Below the pieces are notes generated by a model. The model saw only the letters and a list, made by a program, of their open reading frames with translations, did no database searches and was not told the DNA's origin. The position numbers and the translations under genes were made by a program. A DNA stretch of 56,039 bases from Chthoniobacteraceae bacterium. Its GTDB lineage: Bacteria; Verrucomicrobiota; Verrucomicrobiia; Chthoniobacterales; Chthoniobacteraceae. Below are positions 47,525-56,039 of this stretch, piece by piece (position 1 is the first letter of the stretch; each line of letters starts with the position of its first letter). Location: the NCBI GenBank assembly GCA_031409655.1, contig JANNXQ010000144.1, positions 1 through 56,039 on the forward strand. Direction: 5' to 3'.

Positions 47525-49087
47525 ATGGACTCCTGCGAAAAGAAAACGACCGCCAGCAAAGCCGACCTTGAGATTTCGCGTCGCGTATTTTTGAAGGCGA
47601 CCGCTTCCGCGGTACTCGCGGCATCAACGGCTCAGGCGCAGCAAACGCGAGATCCTAAATCCGGCTCACGGGACAATCCGATCACCCGCGAAAACGCGAA
47701 ACCCGGTGCGCTCGACTGGCAGCTCACGCGCGTGCGGCTCGATAAGCAGGCCGGATTTCGCTCGCCGCCCATCGAAGGTTACTGCTCACGGCAGTCGGTC
47801 AAAGCGGGCGAGACACTGGACATCTTTGTGAGCACGAAACCGGCGGCGCGTTTCCACATCGAGATCTTCCGCACCGGCTACTACGGTGGACGTGGCGCGC
47901 GGTTCATGACGAAGCTCGGACCCTTCGAAGGAAAAGAACAACCGGTGCCGCCGCCAGGCGAGACGCGACTGCACGAGTGCCGCTGGGAAGCGTGTGCTTC
48001 GGTGAAGATACCGGCTGATTGGGTGAGCGGCGTGTATCTCGGCCGGCTCACGACATTGCCCGCGGAAGGTCAGCCTTACTGGCAGAGTTACGTCGTCTTC
48101 ATCGTCAAGGACGATCGCCCGGCGGACATCCTCTTTCAGTGCAGCGACAACACCTGGCAGGCCTACAATCGCTGGCCGAATGACTTCTCCGTCTATACTG
48201 ATCCCCGCGGCACCCAAGGCCCGTGGTCGGACGTGAGCTTCGATCGGCCCTATGCGAAGTACGCGCAGATCTACGAGAACCCTCAGTCTGTCGGCTCCGG
48301 CGAATGGCTCTGCTTTGAGTTCCCCTTTGCCTACTGGCTCGAGCAGCAAGGTTATGACGTCACTTACTGCTCCAATAGCGACTTGCACACGCCGGATCGC
48401 GGCCTGAAGTGCAAGGCCTTCCTCAGCGTCGGCCACGATGAATACTGGGACATCCGCGCCTACCGCAGCGTCGTCACGCTGCGCGATACCGGCGTGAATG
48501 TGATGTTCTTCTCCGGCAACTCGGTGTGCTGGGTGACTCCGATGCGTGCCGGCTTCGATGGCCGCGAGAATCGCATCATGTTCCGCGGTGGCCCGTATGG
48601 CGGCGACTACCAGTACGCCGTGAACCGCGAGAAAAATCACGGCCCCTTTCCCGAGCGCGGCCCCGACGAGGGCTTCCTCATCGGCGCGCGCAATGTGGAG
48701 CCTGTGAACGGTGGCGGCGACTGGATCTGCACGAAGCCCGAACATTGGATCTTTGAAGGCACCGGGATGAAAAGGGGCGACGCGATCCCGGGGCTGATCG
48801 GTTGGGAGTATCACGGCGATCCGCCCGAGATCGACGGGCTCGAAGTCGTCGGCGGGGGCACCGCCTTCCAAGGCGGCACGCGACCGCAGCAATGGACGGC
48901 GACGATCTATCCTGGCCCGAAAGGCAACTTTGTCTTCAATGCCTCAACCATCTTCTGGTGCCAGGGCCTGAGCCATCCGCCCGGCCACATGCTCCCATGG
49001 TCGCACTGGTCCCGCCCACACGGCCCAGACGAGCGCGTGCAGCGCATCACGCAGAATCTGTTACGCCGCGCGTTGGGTTACGGGTAG
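47525..49087 (+). CDS. N,N-dimethylformamidase large-subunit-like (DUF6605) protein, Tat signal
   Basis: SRRVFLK; ENAKPG; IEGYCSRQSV; TWQAYN; VSFDRPY; FLSVGHDEYW; FFSGN. Confidence 0.85.
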   Translation: MDSCEKKTTASKADLEISRRVFLKATASAVLAASTAQAQQTRDPKSGSRDNPITRENAKPGALDWQLTRVRLDKQAGFRSPPIEGYCSRQSVKAGETLDIFVSTKPAARFHIEIFRTGYYGGRGARFMTKLGPFEGKEQPVPPPGETRLHECRWEACASVKIPADWVSGVYLGRLTTLPAEGQPYWQSYVVFIVKDDRPADILFQCSDNTWQAYNRWPNDFSVYTDPRGTQGPWSDVSFDRPYAKYAQIYENPQSVGSGEWLCFEFPFAYWLEQQGYDVTYCSNSDLHTPDRGLKCKAFLSVGHDEYWDIRAYRSVVTLRDTGVNVMFFSGNSVCWVTPMRAGFDGRENRIMFRGGPYGGDYQYAVNREKNHGPFPERGPDEGFLIGARNVEPVNGGGDWICTKPEHWIFEGTGMKRGDAIPGLIGWEYHGDPPEIDGLEVVGGGTAFQGGTRPQQWTATIYPGPKGNFVFNASTIFWCQGLSHPPGHMLPWSHWSRPHGPDERVQRITQNLLRRALGYG

Positions 49088-49143
49088 TGCGCCGGTCGAC
49101 GTGCAGACTCTTGCGCAGTGGGAAAGCTGACGCACCTTTTCTC

Positions 49144-52100
49144 ATGAATCCCCCTGCTTCGCCGTCCGTCTCGTTCGTCCTGATCGTGTGGCTTTTTTTG
49201 TCGGTGAGTCCGGGTTTTGCGGCACCCGACTACTCGTGGGATCTCCGTGTGCTGGATAAAATGGCGGAGGAAGTGGCGCCCGAGACCGCGGTTCGTGCGG
49301 GTTGTTTTGAACTGCGCGGCTCGCAGTTGCGCGGCTTCCGCGATCGACTGCGCGAACTCTCCGCGCGCACGGCGAAAGGAGAGGTATCTCCGAATCTCGC
49401 GGTGCAATCGCCCGTCACGCTCTGGCCGGGCGGGGTGGTGTATTATGTGTTCGAGGCCTCGGTCACGGTCGCGCAGCGGCGCATCTTCCTCGACGCTGCG
49501 ACGGATCTTTCGGCCTTCGCCGCCGTGTCTTTTGTGCCCCGGACTTCGCAGCCAAACTATTCGCTGGTGAGAAATGTGCCGGGTCTCGGCGGCGGAGTGT
49601 CCGCGGTCGGCATGGTGGGAACGGCGCAGACCTTCGACATCGGGGAGGGCAGTTGGAATCGCGGCACGCTGCTCCACGAGATGGGGCACACGCTCGGGCT
49701 GGTGCATGAGCATCAGCGACCAGATCGGGGCATCTTCGTCAGCATCGAGACGGCCAACATTCTCCCGGGCGCGGAGAGTAACTTCGTCGTCCTCACGGCG
49801 ACCACCACGGGCGCGTACGATTTTCTCTCTGTGATGCACTATCGCCGTGACTCGTTCTCCAGGGGTGCGGGGCTCGATACGATCGTTCCAAAGCCGGCTT
49901 ACGCGGCCTTCGCGGATCTCATGGGCAATCAATACACCCGCCCGCTCAGCACGCTCGACCGCGTTGGCCTCGCCGCGACCTACGGCGCCGCCGCACCTGC
50001 CTCCACCTTGGTCACCAATACCCTCGCTGGGGGAACCGGCAGTCTCACCGTGGCCATCTACCGCGCCGTCGATGCCCCCGGCTCCACCATCACTTTCAAC
50101 ATCCCAACCACCGACCCGGGCTACGATGCACCGAGCGGCACTTGGACGATCCGCCCCACGGATCAATTGCCAAAGCTCGGCCGCCTCACCACGCTCGACG
50201 CGACCACGCAACCGGGCGGCACGGGCACCGGCCCGAAAATCGTGCTCGACGGTCTCTACACCACGCAGTCGATCGACGTCTTCGCTCACGGCGTCGAACT
50301 CACCGAAGACCAATGTCAGGTGCGCGGCCTTGCCATCCGCGATTTCGATGGCGACGCCATCCGCATCCAAGGCGCGGGCGCGACGGATAACGTCGTCACG
50401 CGCTGCCGGCTCGGCTGCAACTCCGCCGGGAATGTTCCCGCGAGCGCCGGTCTTTCGGCGCTTTCGATCTACGAGGGCGCGCGACGCAATCGCATCGGCG
50501 GCCCCGCGGCGACCGATCGGAACATCATCTCGGGTAGCCGGAGCGTGGGCCTGCTCCTGGTGGGTTCCGGGACCCGGGAGAATCTCGTGCAGGGAAACTT
50601 CATTGGCCTGCGTCCCGACGGCAGCACCGCGCTGGCGAATGCGCAAGGCGGCGTGCAAATCGACACCGGTGCGAGTGAGAATGTGCTGCGCGCGAACGTC
50701 ATCTCGGGTAACGCCAACTACGGCGTGGCCATGCTCGGGGCAAATGTGAACGCCAATCGACTCGAGGGTAACTTCATCGGCACCGATGCCACCGGCACCG
50801 CGGCGGTGCCGAACCTCTGGTCCGGCGTCGGCATTTTCAACGGCGCGAGCAATAGTGTGATCGGCGGCAGCGCCGCCGCGCGCAATGTCATCTCCGGGAA
50901 TGCGAACAATGGCATCGCGATCTCCGGCAACGGAGTCACGGGCACCTGCGTCACCGGCAATTTCATCGGCACCGATGTGAGCGGCACGACGGCGCTTCCG
51001 AATGGCTGGAGTGGCTTGCAGCTCGCCGACGGCGCGAGCGGCAACACCGTCGGCGGCACGGCCCAGGGCCAGGCCAATGTCCTCTCGGGCAATCTGAACT
51101 ATGGCGTCGCGCTCTTCGACGCCGGCACGAATGGAAACACCGTCGCTGGCAACCTCATCGGCCTTGATCCCACGGGCACGACCGCGCTCGGCAATGGCTG
51201 GTCCGGCATCGGGATCTTCAGCGGCGCGAGCAATAACGTGATCGGCGGCAGCCCCTCCGCGCGCAATCTTATCTCAGGCAACAGTAACTATGGCGTGGCG
51301 ATCGAAGGTGGGGGAACCAGTGGCAATCTCGTTCAAAGCAACTCGATTGGCTACGATGTGACTGGCACCCTGCTCCGCGGAAACGCGTGGGACGGCGTCT
51401 CCATCTATGGAGGCGCCATCGGCAACCAAATCGGCGGAGAGACCCCGGGCTTGGGCAATCGCATTGGCGGCAACGGCATTCGCGGCATCGTGCTTTTTAG
51501 TGCCGCGACGGCGGGCAATTCGATCCTCGGCAATTCGATCGCCGAAAACACCGACGTCGGCATCGATATCTTCGACGGAGCGAACTCCGGGCAGGCGCCG
51601 CCCTCGCTTTCCTCCGCTACGATGACCACGCAGCTCACGGTGAGTCTTGACGTCTCCGGCGCGGCAAATGCGAGTTATCGGATCGAGTTCTTCGCCTCCT
51701 CGCAGGTGGACTTCGGGGCTTATGGTGAAGGACGCACCTTCCTCGGTGCCCGCCCGCTCCTGACCGATGGCTCAGGTCTGGGAACCGTCACCGTCACGTT
51801 ACCCGTCGCATTACTGGCTGGCAGCTATCTGACTGCTACCGCCACGAGGCCGGGCGGTGATACCTCGCGCTTCGCCTTCGCGGCGACGGTCGCGATGACG
51901 GACACCGATGGCGACGGGCTGCCCGATGCATGGGAATCCGCCTTCGGCCAAAATCCCGGCAACCCCGCCGACGCTGCGCTCGATGCGGATCGTGATGGGT
52001 TCTCCGCGACTGCGGAATACCTGGCCGGCACCGATCCGCGCGTCTCGTCCTCGCGCCTCGCGTTACTTTTGCCCACCACGTCCGGCAACGACCTGCTGGT

Positions 52101-52272
52101 GAATTTCGCCGGAATCAATGGCCGACCTTACATCCTCGAGCGCTCGGGCGACTTGCAGACGTGGGCAGTGTGGAGCGATGGCCTCCTTGGCACCGGGGCC
52201 GTGCAGACTTTCGCCGATCGCGAGGCCTTCTCCCGGCCTTGGCGCTTTTATCGAGTCCGGTTTGGCTTCTGA
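49144..52272 (+). CDS. Secreted astacin-like (M12A) metalloprotease + parallel beta-helix repeats + C-terminal domain
   Basis: HEMGHTLGLVHEHQRPDR; YDFLSVMHY Met-turn; NxIGG..NVISGN..GNFIGTD repeats; ends WRFYRVRFGF. Confidence 0.9.
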   Translation: MNPPASPSVSFVLIVWLFLSVSPGFAAPDYSWDLRVLDKMAEEVAPETAVRAGCFELRGSQLRGFRDRLRELSARTAKGEVSPNLAVQSPVTLWPGGVVYYVFEASVTVAQRRIFLDAATDLSAFAAVSFVPRTSQPNYSLVRNVPGLGGGVSAVGMVGTAQTFDIGEGSWNRGTLLHEMGHTLGLVHEHQRPDRGIFVSIETANILPGAESNFVVLTATTTGAYDFLSVMHYRRDSFSRGAGLDTIVPKPAYAAFADLMGNQYTRPLSTLDRVGLAATYGAAAPASTLVTNTLAGGTGSLTVAIYRAVDAPGSTITFNIPTTDPGYDAPSGTWTIRPTDQLPKLGRLTTLDATTQPGGTGTGPKIVLDGLYTTQSIDVFAHGVELTEDQCQVRGLAIRDFDGDAIRIQGAGATDNVVTRCRLGCNSAGNVPASAGLSALSIYEGARRNRIGGPAATDRNIISGSRSVGLLLVGSGTRENLVQGNFIGLRPDGSTALANAQGGVQIDTGASENVLRANVISGNANYGVAMLGANVNANRLEGNFIGTDATGTAAVPNLWSGVGIFNGASNSVIGGSAAARNVISGNANNGIAISGNGVTGTCVTGNFIGTDVSGTTALPNGWSGLQLADGASGNTVGGTAQGQANVLSGNLNYGVALFDAGTNGNTVAGNLIGLDPTGTTALGNGWSGIGIFSGASNNVIGGSPSARNLISGNSNYGVAIEGGGTSGNLVQSNSIGYDVTGTLLRGNAWDGVSIYGGAIGNQIGGETPGLGNRIGGNGIRGIVLFSAATAGNSILGNSIAENTDVGIDIFDGANSGQAPPSLSSATMTTQLTVSLDVSGAANASYRIEFFASSQVDFGAYGEGRTFLGARPLLTDGSGLGTVTVTLPVALLAGSYLTATATRPGGDTSRFAFAATVAMTDTDGDGLPDAWESAFGQNPGNPADAALDADRDGFSATAEYLAGTDPRVSSSRLALLLPTTSGNDLLVNFAGINGRPYILERSGDLQTWAVWSDGLLGTGAVQTFADREAFSRPWRFYRVRFGF

Positions 52273-52384
52273 CGCCCAAGTGGGTGCGCCCGGAGACTGG
52301 CCGCCAGGGAGCGATGCGATCGAGCATCGCGGAGGAGATGCTGACTTGCCGGGCGAAGCGCCGAAGGCTCAGTTCAATGCCGAC

Positions 52385-52894
52385 CTAAAGGACGATTTTG
52401 CGCCCAGTGGTGACGACCGAGCCTTTGATTACTTGATTTCCGCTGCCGCCGATACAGAGCCGGTTCACTCCTCTGACGGCACCACTAGAGTTCCGGGTTT
52501 GAGTTTCGTAGATGAAGCCGGAAAAGTCCGTGTTCAGGCTGGAGACGGTCGCGGGTAAGGCAGAGATGCGCAGGGTGCCCGTGCTGTTGGCGGCCAGTCC
52601 GGCCGAGCCCAAGCCGGAGACGATCCGATAGAGCACCGTTTCGGTTGATCTTTTTACCACGGCGACTTCGCCGGTATCCTCACGCAAGCCAACGAAGAGG
52701 TCGGTCTTCGGCGTTGAAGTGGTGGCAGCCACGAAGTCCAAGTATTTGCGCGTGCTTAGCACCGTCGTGACGACATTCCCGGCGGCGTTTCCCTGCTTTA
52801 AGACCAGCGATACAGACACGACGTTCCAAGTGACGGCAGAGGCTGCGGACATCAGGGAGAAACTTAGCGCAACAATAGCGAGTATGATTTTCAT
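52385..52894 (-). CDS. Hypothetical secreted protein
   Basis: MKIILAIVALSFSLMSAASA signal peptide, 169 aa. Confidence 0.75.
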   Translation of the reverse strand: MKIILAIVALSFSLMSAASAVTWNVVSVSLVLKQGNAAGNVVTTVLSTRKYLDFVAATTSTPKTDLFVGLREDTGEVAVVKRSTETVLYRIVSGLGSAGLAANSTGTLRISALPATVSSLNTDFSGFIYETQTRNSSGAVRGVNRLCIGGSGNQVIKGSVVTTGRKIVL

Positions 52895-53098
52895 ACCGCA
52901 TGCTTCTCAGAGGCTGCTCCCGTTGCCAAGCACAAACTTCAATTCTTTTGTCCCCAGAAGGCGGCGGAAGTGTCTGCCAAATTCGCCGAAGTAAGTTGCG
53001 ATGCCTCCTACCAGTCCACACCGGCACAGTGTTGCCAGGTCTGACGCCCGATCCCGCTCGACGGCCGATTGCCCCCACCCTGAGTCTCGCAAGCGCGT

Positions 53099-53872
53099 AT
53101 GAATCCCTTCGCCGAAATCTACGACCGCCCGGAGATCGCCTCCCATTATCTGACTTCCGTGCTCCAACCCGCGGAGGGGCTGCTCCTGCACGAAGTCACC
53201 GCGCGCGCCGGAAAGGTGGACATGCTGGATCTCGGCGTCGGCGCGGGGCGCACGTCGTTTTTCTTTCTCCCTTTCGTCCGCAGCTATGTCGGCATCGATA
53301 TCGCGCCGCGGATGATCGACCTCTGCCGCAAACGCTTCGCTGACTATAAGGGCGCGGCCCATGTTAGTTTCCGGATGGAGAATGCCGCCGCGCTGTTCTC
53401 ATCCCCGGACGCCGCGTTCGACGTCGTGCTCTTCAGTTGTAATGGGATCGATTGCCTGAGTGTCGAGCGGCGCGCGCAGTGCCTCGGCGAAGTTCACCGA
53501 GTGCTTCGCGCTGGCGGTTTGTTTCTTTTCTCCGCGCACAATCTCCAGTCGATCGAGACTTGCTTCGGAGCATCCTCGTCGCTGGACGCCACACGGCTGG
53601 ACGCAATCCGCCGCTTTAATGAACCGTTCGATAATCTTGCGGGGAAAGATGCCGCGCTTTTCTGGGATGGCGTCTATGGCGATGAAGGCTTCTTGAAGCA
53701 CGTCTATGTGCAGCCACGGGCGCAGAGACTGGCGCTGGAGCGCCTCGGATTCACCGGTGTCCGCGTGATCTCCAGTGAGACCGGTTTCGATCTCGCGGAA
53801 GACCAGTTCGACACGAGCGTCGAACTCGCGCTGCACTACTGGTGCGAGAAGCCGGGCGCGGCTCCGTGCTGA
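53099..53872 (+). CDS. Class I SAM-dependent methyltransferase
   Basis: MLDLGVGAGRT; GIDIAPRMI; FDVVLFS; RVLRAGG. Confidence 0.88.
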   Translation: MNPFAEIYDRPEIASHYLTSVLQPAEGLLLHEVTARAGKVDMLDLGVGAGRTSFFFLPFVRSYVGIDIAPRMIDLCRKRFADYKGAAHVSFRMENAAALFSSPDAAFDVVLFSCNGIDCLSVERRAQCLGEVHRVLRAGGLFLFSAHNLQSIETCFGASSSLDATRLDAIRRFNEPFDNLAGKDAALFWDGVYGDEGFLKHVYVQPRAQRLALERLGFTGVRVISSETGFDLAEDQFDTSVELALHYWCEKPGAAPC

Positions 53873-53879
53873 AATCGGC

Positions 53880-53909
53880 TGTAACCGCGCGGCGTTTTCG
53901 CCGAAGGAA
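53880..53909 (+). promoter_or_regulatory. Putative ECF promoter upstream of sigma gene
   Basis: TGTAACC-N12-CGCCGAAGGAA, 6 nt before ATG; same motif at 54664. Confidence 0.6.
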
Positions 53910-53915
53910 AGAGCG

Positions 53916-54668
53916 ATGAGTTCCCCTGATACGCCGCCCCCGACGACTTTCGCAGCGGTCGGGGGATTTGCGGCGACGCGCTGGACGCTGGTCTTGCGGG
54001 CGAGGGGTGGGGCGGACGAAGGGCGCGCGGCGCTCAGTGAATTGTGCGGGGCCTATTACCAGCCGGTGTTCGCCTTTCTCCGCCGCAGCGGGCGCAGCGA
54101 TGACGCGGCGCGGGAGCTGACGCACGAATTCTTTGCGCGGTTACTGGCGCGTGGTGGCCTCGCGGGGCCCGACCCAGCGCGCGGGCGCTTTCGGAATTAC
54201 CTCCTCGGCGCGGTGAAATACTTCCTGCGCGATCAGCACGATCTCACTTTGCGCGAGAAACGCGGCGCCGAGGCCGTGCACGAGCCGATCGATGCGACGG
54301 CGGACGACGCGCCCGCACTGCAAGTCGCCGATCCGACGGCGCTCGCGGCCAACGCGCACTTCGACCGCGAGTGGGCGCTCGCACTGATGAATCGCGCGGT
54401 CGCGGCACTCGAGGCTACGCAGACCGGACCGCGCGCGGAGCAGTTTGCCAGCCTGCGTCCGTGGCTCATGGGGGAAGGCGCCGAGAGTTACGCCGAGGCC
54501 GGAGCGCGACTCGGCATGAGCGAGGGCGCGGTGAAAGTGGCCACGCATCGGCTGCGCCAGCGTTTCCGCGAACTGCTCAAGGCCGAGATCGCGCAGACGC
54601 TCGACGACCCCGCCGATCTCGACGACGAACTCCGCCACCTCTGTGCCGCGCTCGCGAGTGGCGTGTAA
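53916..54668 (+). CDS. ECF sigma factor (kinase-associated type)
   Basis: FAATRWTLV; LCGAYYQPV; RGRFRNYL; FDREWA; LGMSEGAVKVATHRLR. Confidence 0.9.
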   Translation: MSSPDTPPPTTFAAVGGFAATRWTLVLRARGGADEGRAALSELCGAYYQPVFAFLRRSGRSDDAARELTHEFFARLLARGGLAGPDPARGRFRNYLLGAVKYFLRDQHDLTLREKRGAEAVHEPIDATADDAPALQVADPTALAANAHFDREWALALMNRAVAALEATQTGPRAEQFASLRPWLMGEGAESYAEAGARLGMSEGAVKVATHRLRQRFRELLKAEIAQTLDDPADLDDELRHLCAALASGV

Positions 54669-54693
54669 CCTTTCACCGTCCGCGCCGAAGGAA
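54664..54693 (+). promoter_or_regulatory. Putative ECF promoter upstream of kinase gene
   Basis: TGTAACC-N12-CGCCGAAGGAA, 5 nt before ATG 54699. Confidence 0.6.
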
Positions 54694-54698
54694 TCTAC

Positions 54699-56039
54699 AT
54701 GCCCTCGAACCCAGCCTCTCCCGCCACCTGCCCGCAGTGCGGATCACCCGTCCCCGCGGGCGCCGCGCACGGGCTGTGTCCGCGCTGCGTCTTTGCCCGG
54801 GCGATGACCGCCACCGCGGGCGGCGCCCCGATCGTGCCGCCGGAGATCGAGTCCGTGCGCACCGCCTTTCCGCAGTTTGAAGTGCTGGAGTTCATCGGTG
54901 CGGGCGGCATGGGTGCGGTCTTCAAAGTGCGGCAGCCGAAGCTCGATCGCTTCGTTGCGTTGAAAATCCTCGCGCCCGAGCGGGCGGACGATCCCATCTT
55001 CGCCGAACGCTTCGCCAGGGAAGCGCAGGCGCTCGCGGCGCTGAATCATCCGCACATCGTCGGGGTGTATGACTTCGGGCAGGCGGGTGGGTTTTACTTC
55101 CTGCTCATGGAGTATGTGGACGGTGTGAATATTCGGCAGGCGATGAAGGCCGGGCGCTTTACTCCGGAGCAGGCGCTCGCGGTGGTGCCGCCGGTGTGCG
55201 AGGCGCTGCAATTTGCGCACGAGCACGGCATCGTGCATCGCGACATCAAGCCCGAGAATCTGCTGCTCGATAAGGATGGCCGGGTGAAGATCGCGGACTT
55301 CGGCATCGCGAAGATGCTGCATGCCAATGGCGCGGATGTCGGCCTCGCGGAGAGCCAGCCCGCCGGCACGCCGCAATACATGGCTCCGGAGCAAAAGACG
55401 CATCGCGCCACCGATCATCGCGCGGATATCTACTCGCTCGGCGTGGTGCTCTACGAGTTACTCACCGGCGAACTCCCCGCCGACAAACTCCAGCCACCCT
55501 CGCGCAAAGTACAGATCGACGTGCGTCTCGACGAGATCGTCCTGCGCGCACTGGAGGTAAAGCCGGAGCTGCGTTACCAGACCGCAGCGGAATTTCGGAC
55601 ACAGGTCGAGACGATCGCGCAGACCGCCAGTCCCGCCAACGCGGCTCCCTCACCGATCGGAGTCACCCAGCCAAGCGCCAACCCGTGGATCCGGCTGCTG
55701 CGCAATGTCGCCATCGGCATCGCAATCTTCTTTGCCATCGTCGCGCTCGTTGGGCTCGTTGGGCTCGTAACGTGGATCTCGTATCTCTCCATCAATGCTC
55801 CCGCTGGCCAATCTCTGGCAACCCCATCAATCCCCGAGAAAGCAGCTGCCACCGCCGCTGGAGACTCGGCACCGAGGCAGCCTTCCGCCGCGCAGGCGGC
55901 ACAAGAGGGCTGGGGCCTCTGGCAGGCGGGACGGCCCTCTGAGGCGATACCACTCTTTGAAAAAGCAGTGAGCCTCGCGCCCGAGGATGCCAGTGCCTGG
56001 AATGGCTTGGGCTGGGCGCAGCTCAACTCCGGGAAAATC
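54699..56039 (+). CDS. Ser/Thr protein kinase with N-terminal Zn-ribbon, TM and TPR; runs off window end
   Basis: Not in the ORF track (no stop in window). CPQC..LCPRC; GAGGMGAVF; HRDIKPEN; DFGIAK; GTPQYMAPE; AWNGLGWA. Confidence 0.92.
   Translation, partial: MPSNPASPATCPQCGSPVPAGAAHGLCPRCVFARAMTATAGGAPIVPPEIESVRTAFPQFEVLEFIGAGGMGAVFKVRQPKLDRFVALKILAPERADDPIFAERFAREAQALAALNHPHIVGVYDFGQAGGFYFLLMEYVDGVNIRQAMKAGRFTPEQALAVVPPVCEALQFAHEHGIVHRDIKPENLLLDKDGRVKIADFGIAKMLHANGADVGLAESQPAGTPQYMAPEQKTHRATDHRADIYSLGVVLYELLTGELPADKLQPPSRKVQIDVRLDEIVLRALEVKPELRYQTAAEFRTQVETIAQTASPANAAPSPIGVTQPSANPWIRLLRNVAIGIAIFFAIVALVGLVGLVTWISYLSINAPAGQSLATPSIPEKAAATAAGDSAPRQPSAAQAAQEGWGLWQAGRPSEAIPLFEKAVSLAPEDASAWNGLGWAQLNSGKI

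Overview
GC-rich bacterial chromosomal window. The gene content points to Verrucomicrobiota, probably Chthoniobacterales-like (inference): a PSCyt/PSD1 + DUF1501 pair, Cys-type sulfatases, ECF sigma/Ser-Thr kinase pairs, a MoxR-DUF58-BatA/vWA-coiled-coil-prenyltransferase operon and many secreted multidomain proteins. No rRNA, tRNA, CRISPR, integrase, transposase or reverse transcriptase was recognised. 1-5.1 kb is a turnover hotspot: secreted fibre-like genes, gene relics, two inactivated RelE-type toxin-antitoxin modules and a truncated PIN toxin end. 12.3-18.5 kb is a decayed tandem duplication carrying an unassigned repeated domain family. The most notable unexplained structures are: (i) a four-helix-bundle (IVP/Avd-like) gene wrapped in inverted 7-mer arrays and inserted into an operon with start/stop overlaps at both ends, plus gene-less copies of such hairpins, one sitting in frame in a signal peptide; (ii) a recurring 'YQGR' fibre-like protein + 'DGGG' partner module; (iii) a shared C-terminal ...F(Y/F)R(L/V) domain on unrelated secreted proteins; (iv) repeated ECF-type promoter motifs; (v) five different long palindromic (REPIN-like) elements. 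All family assignments come from motif recognition by eye, not database searches.
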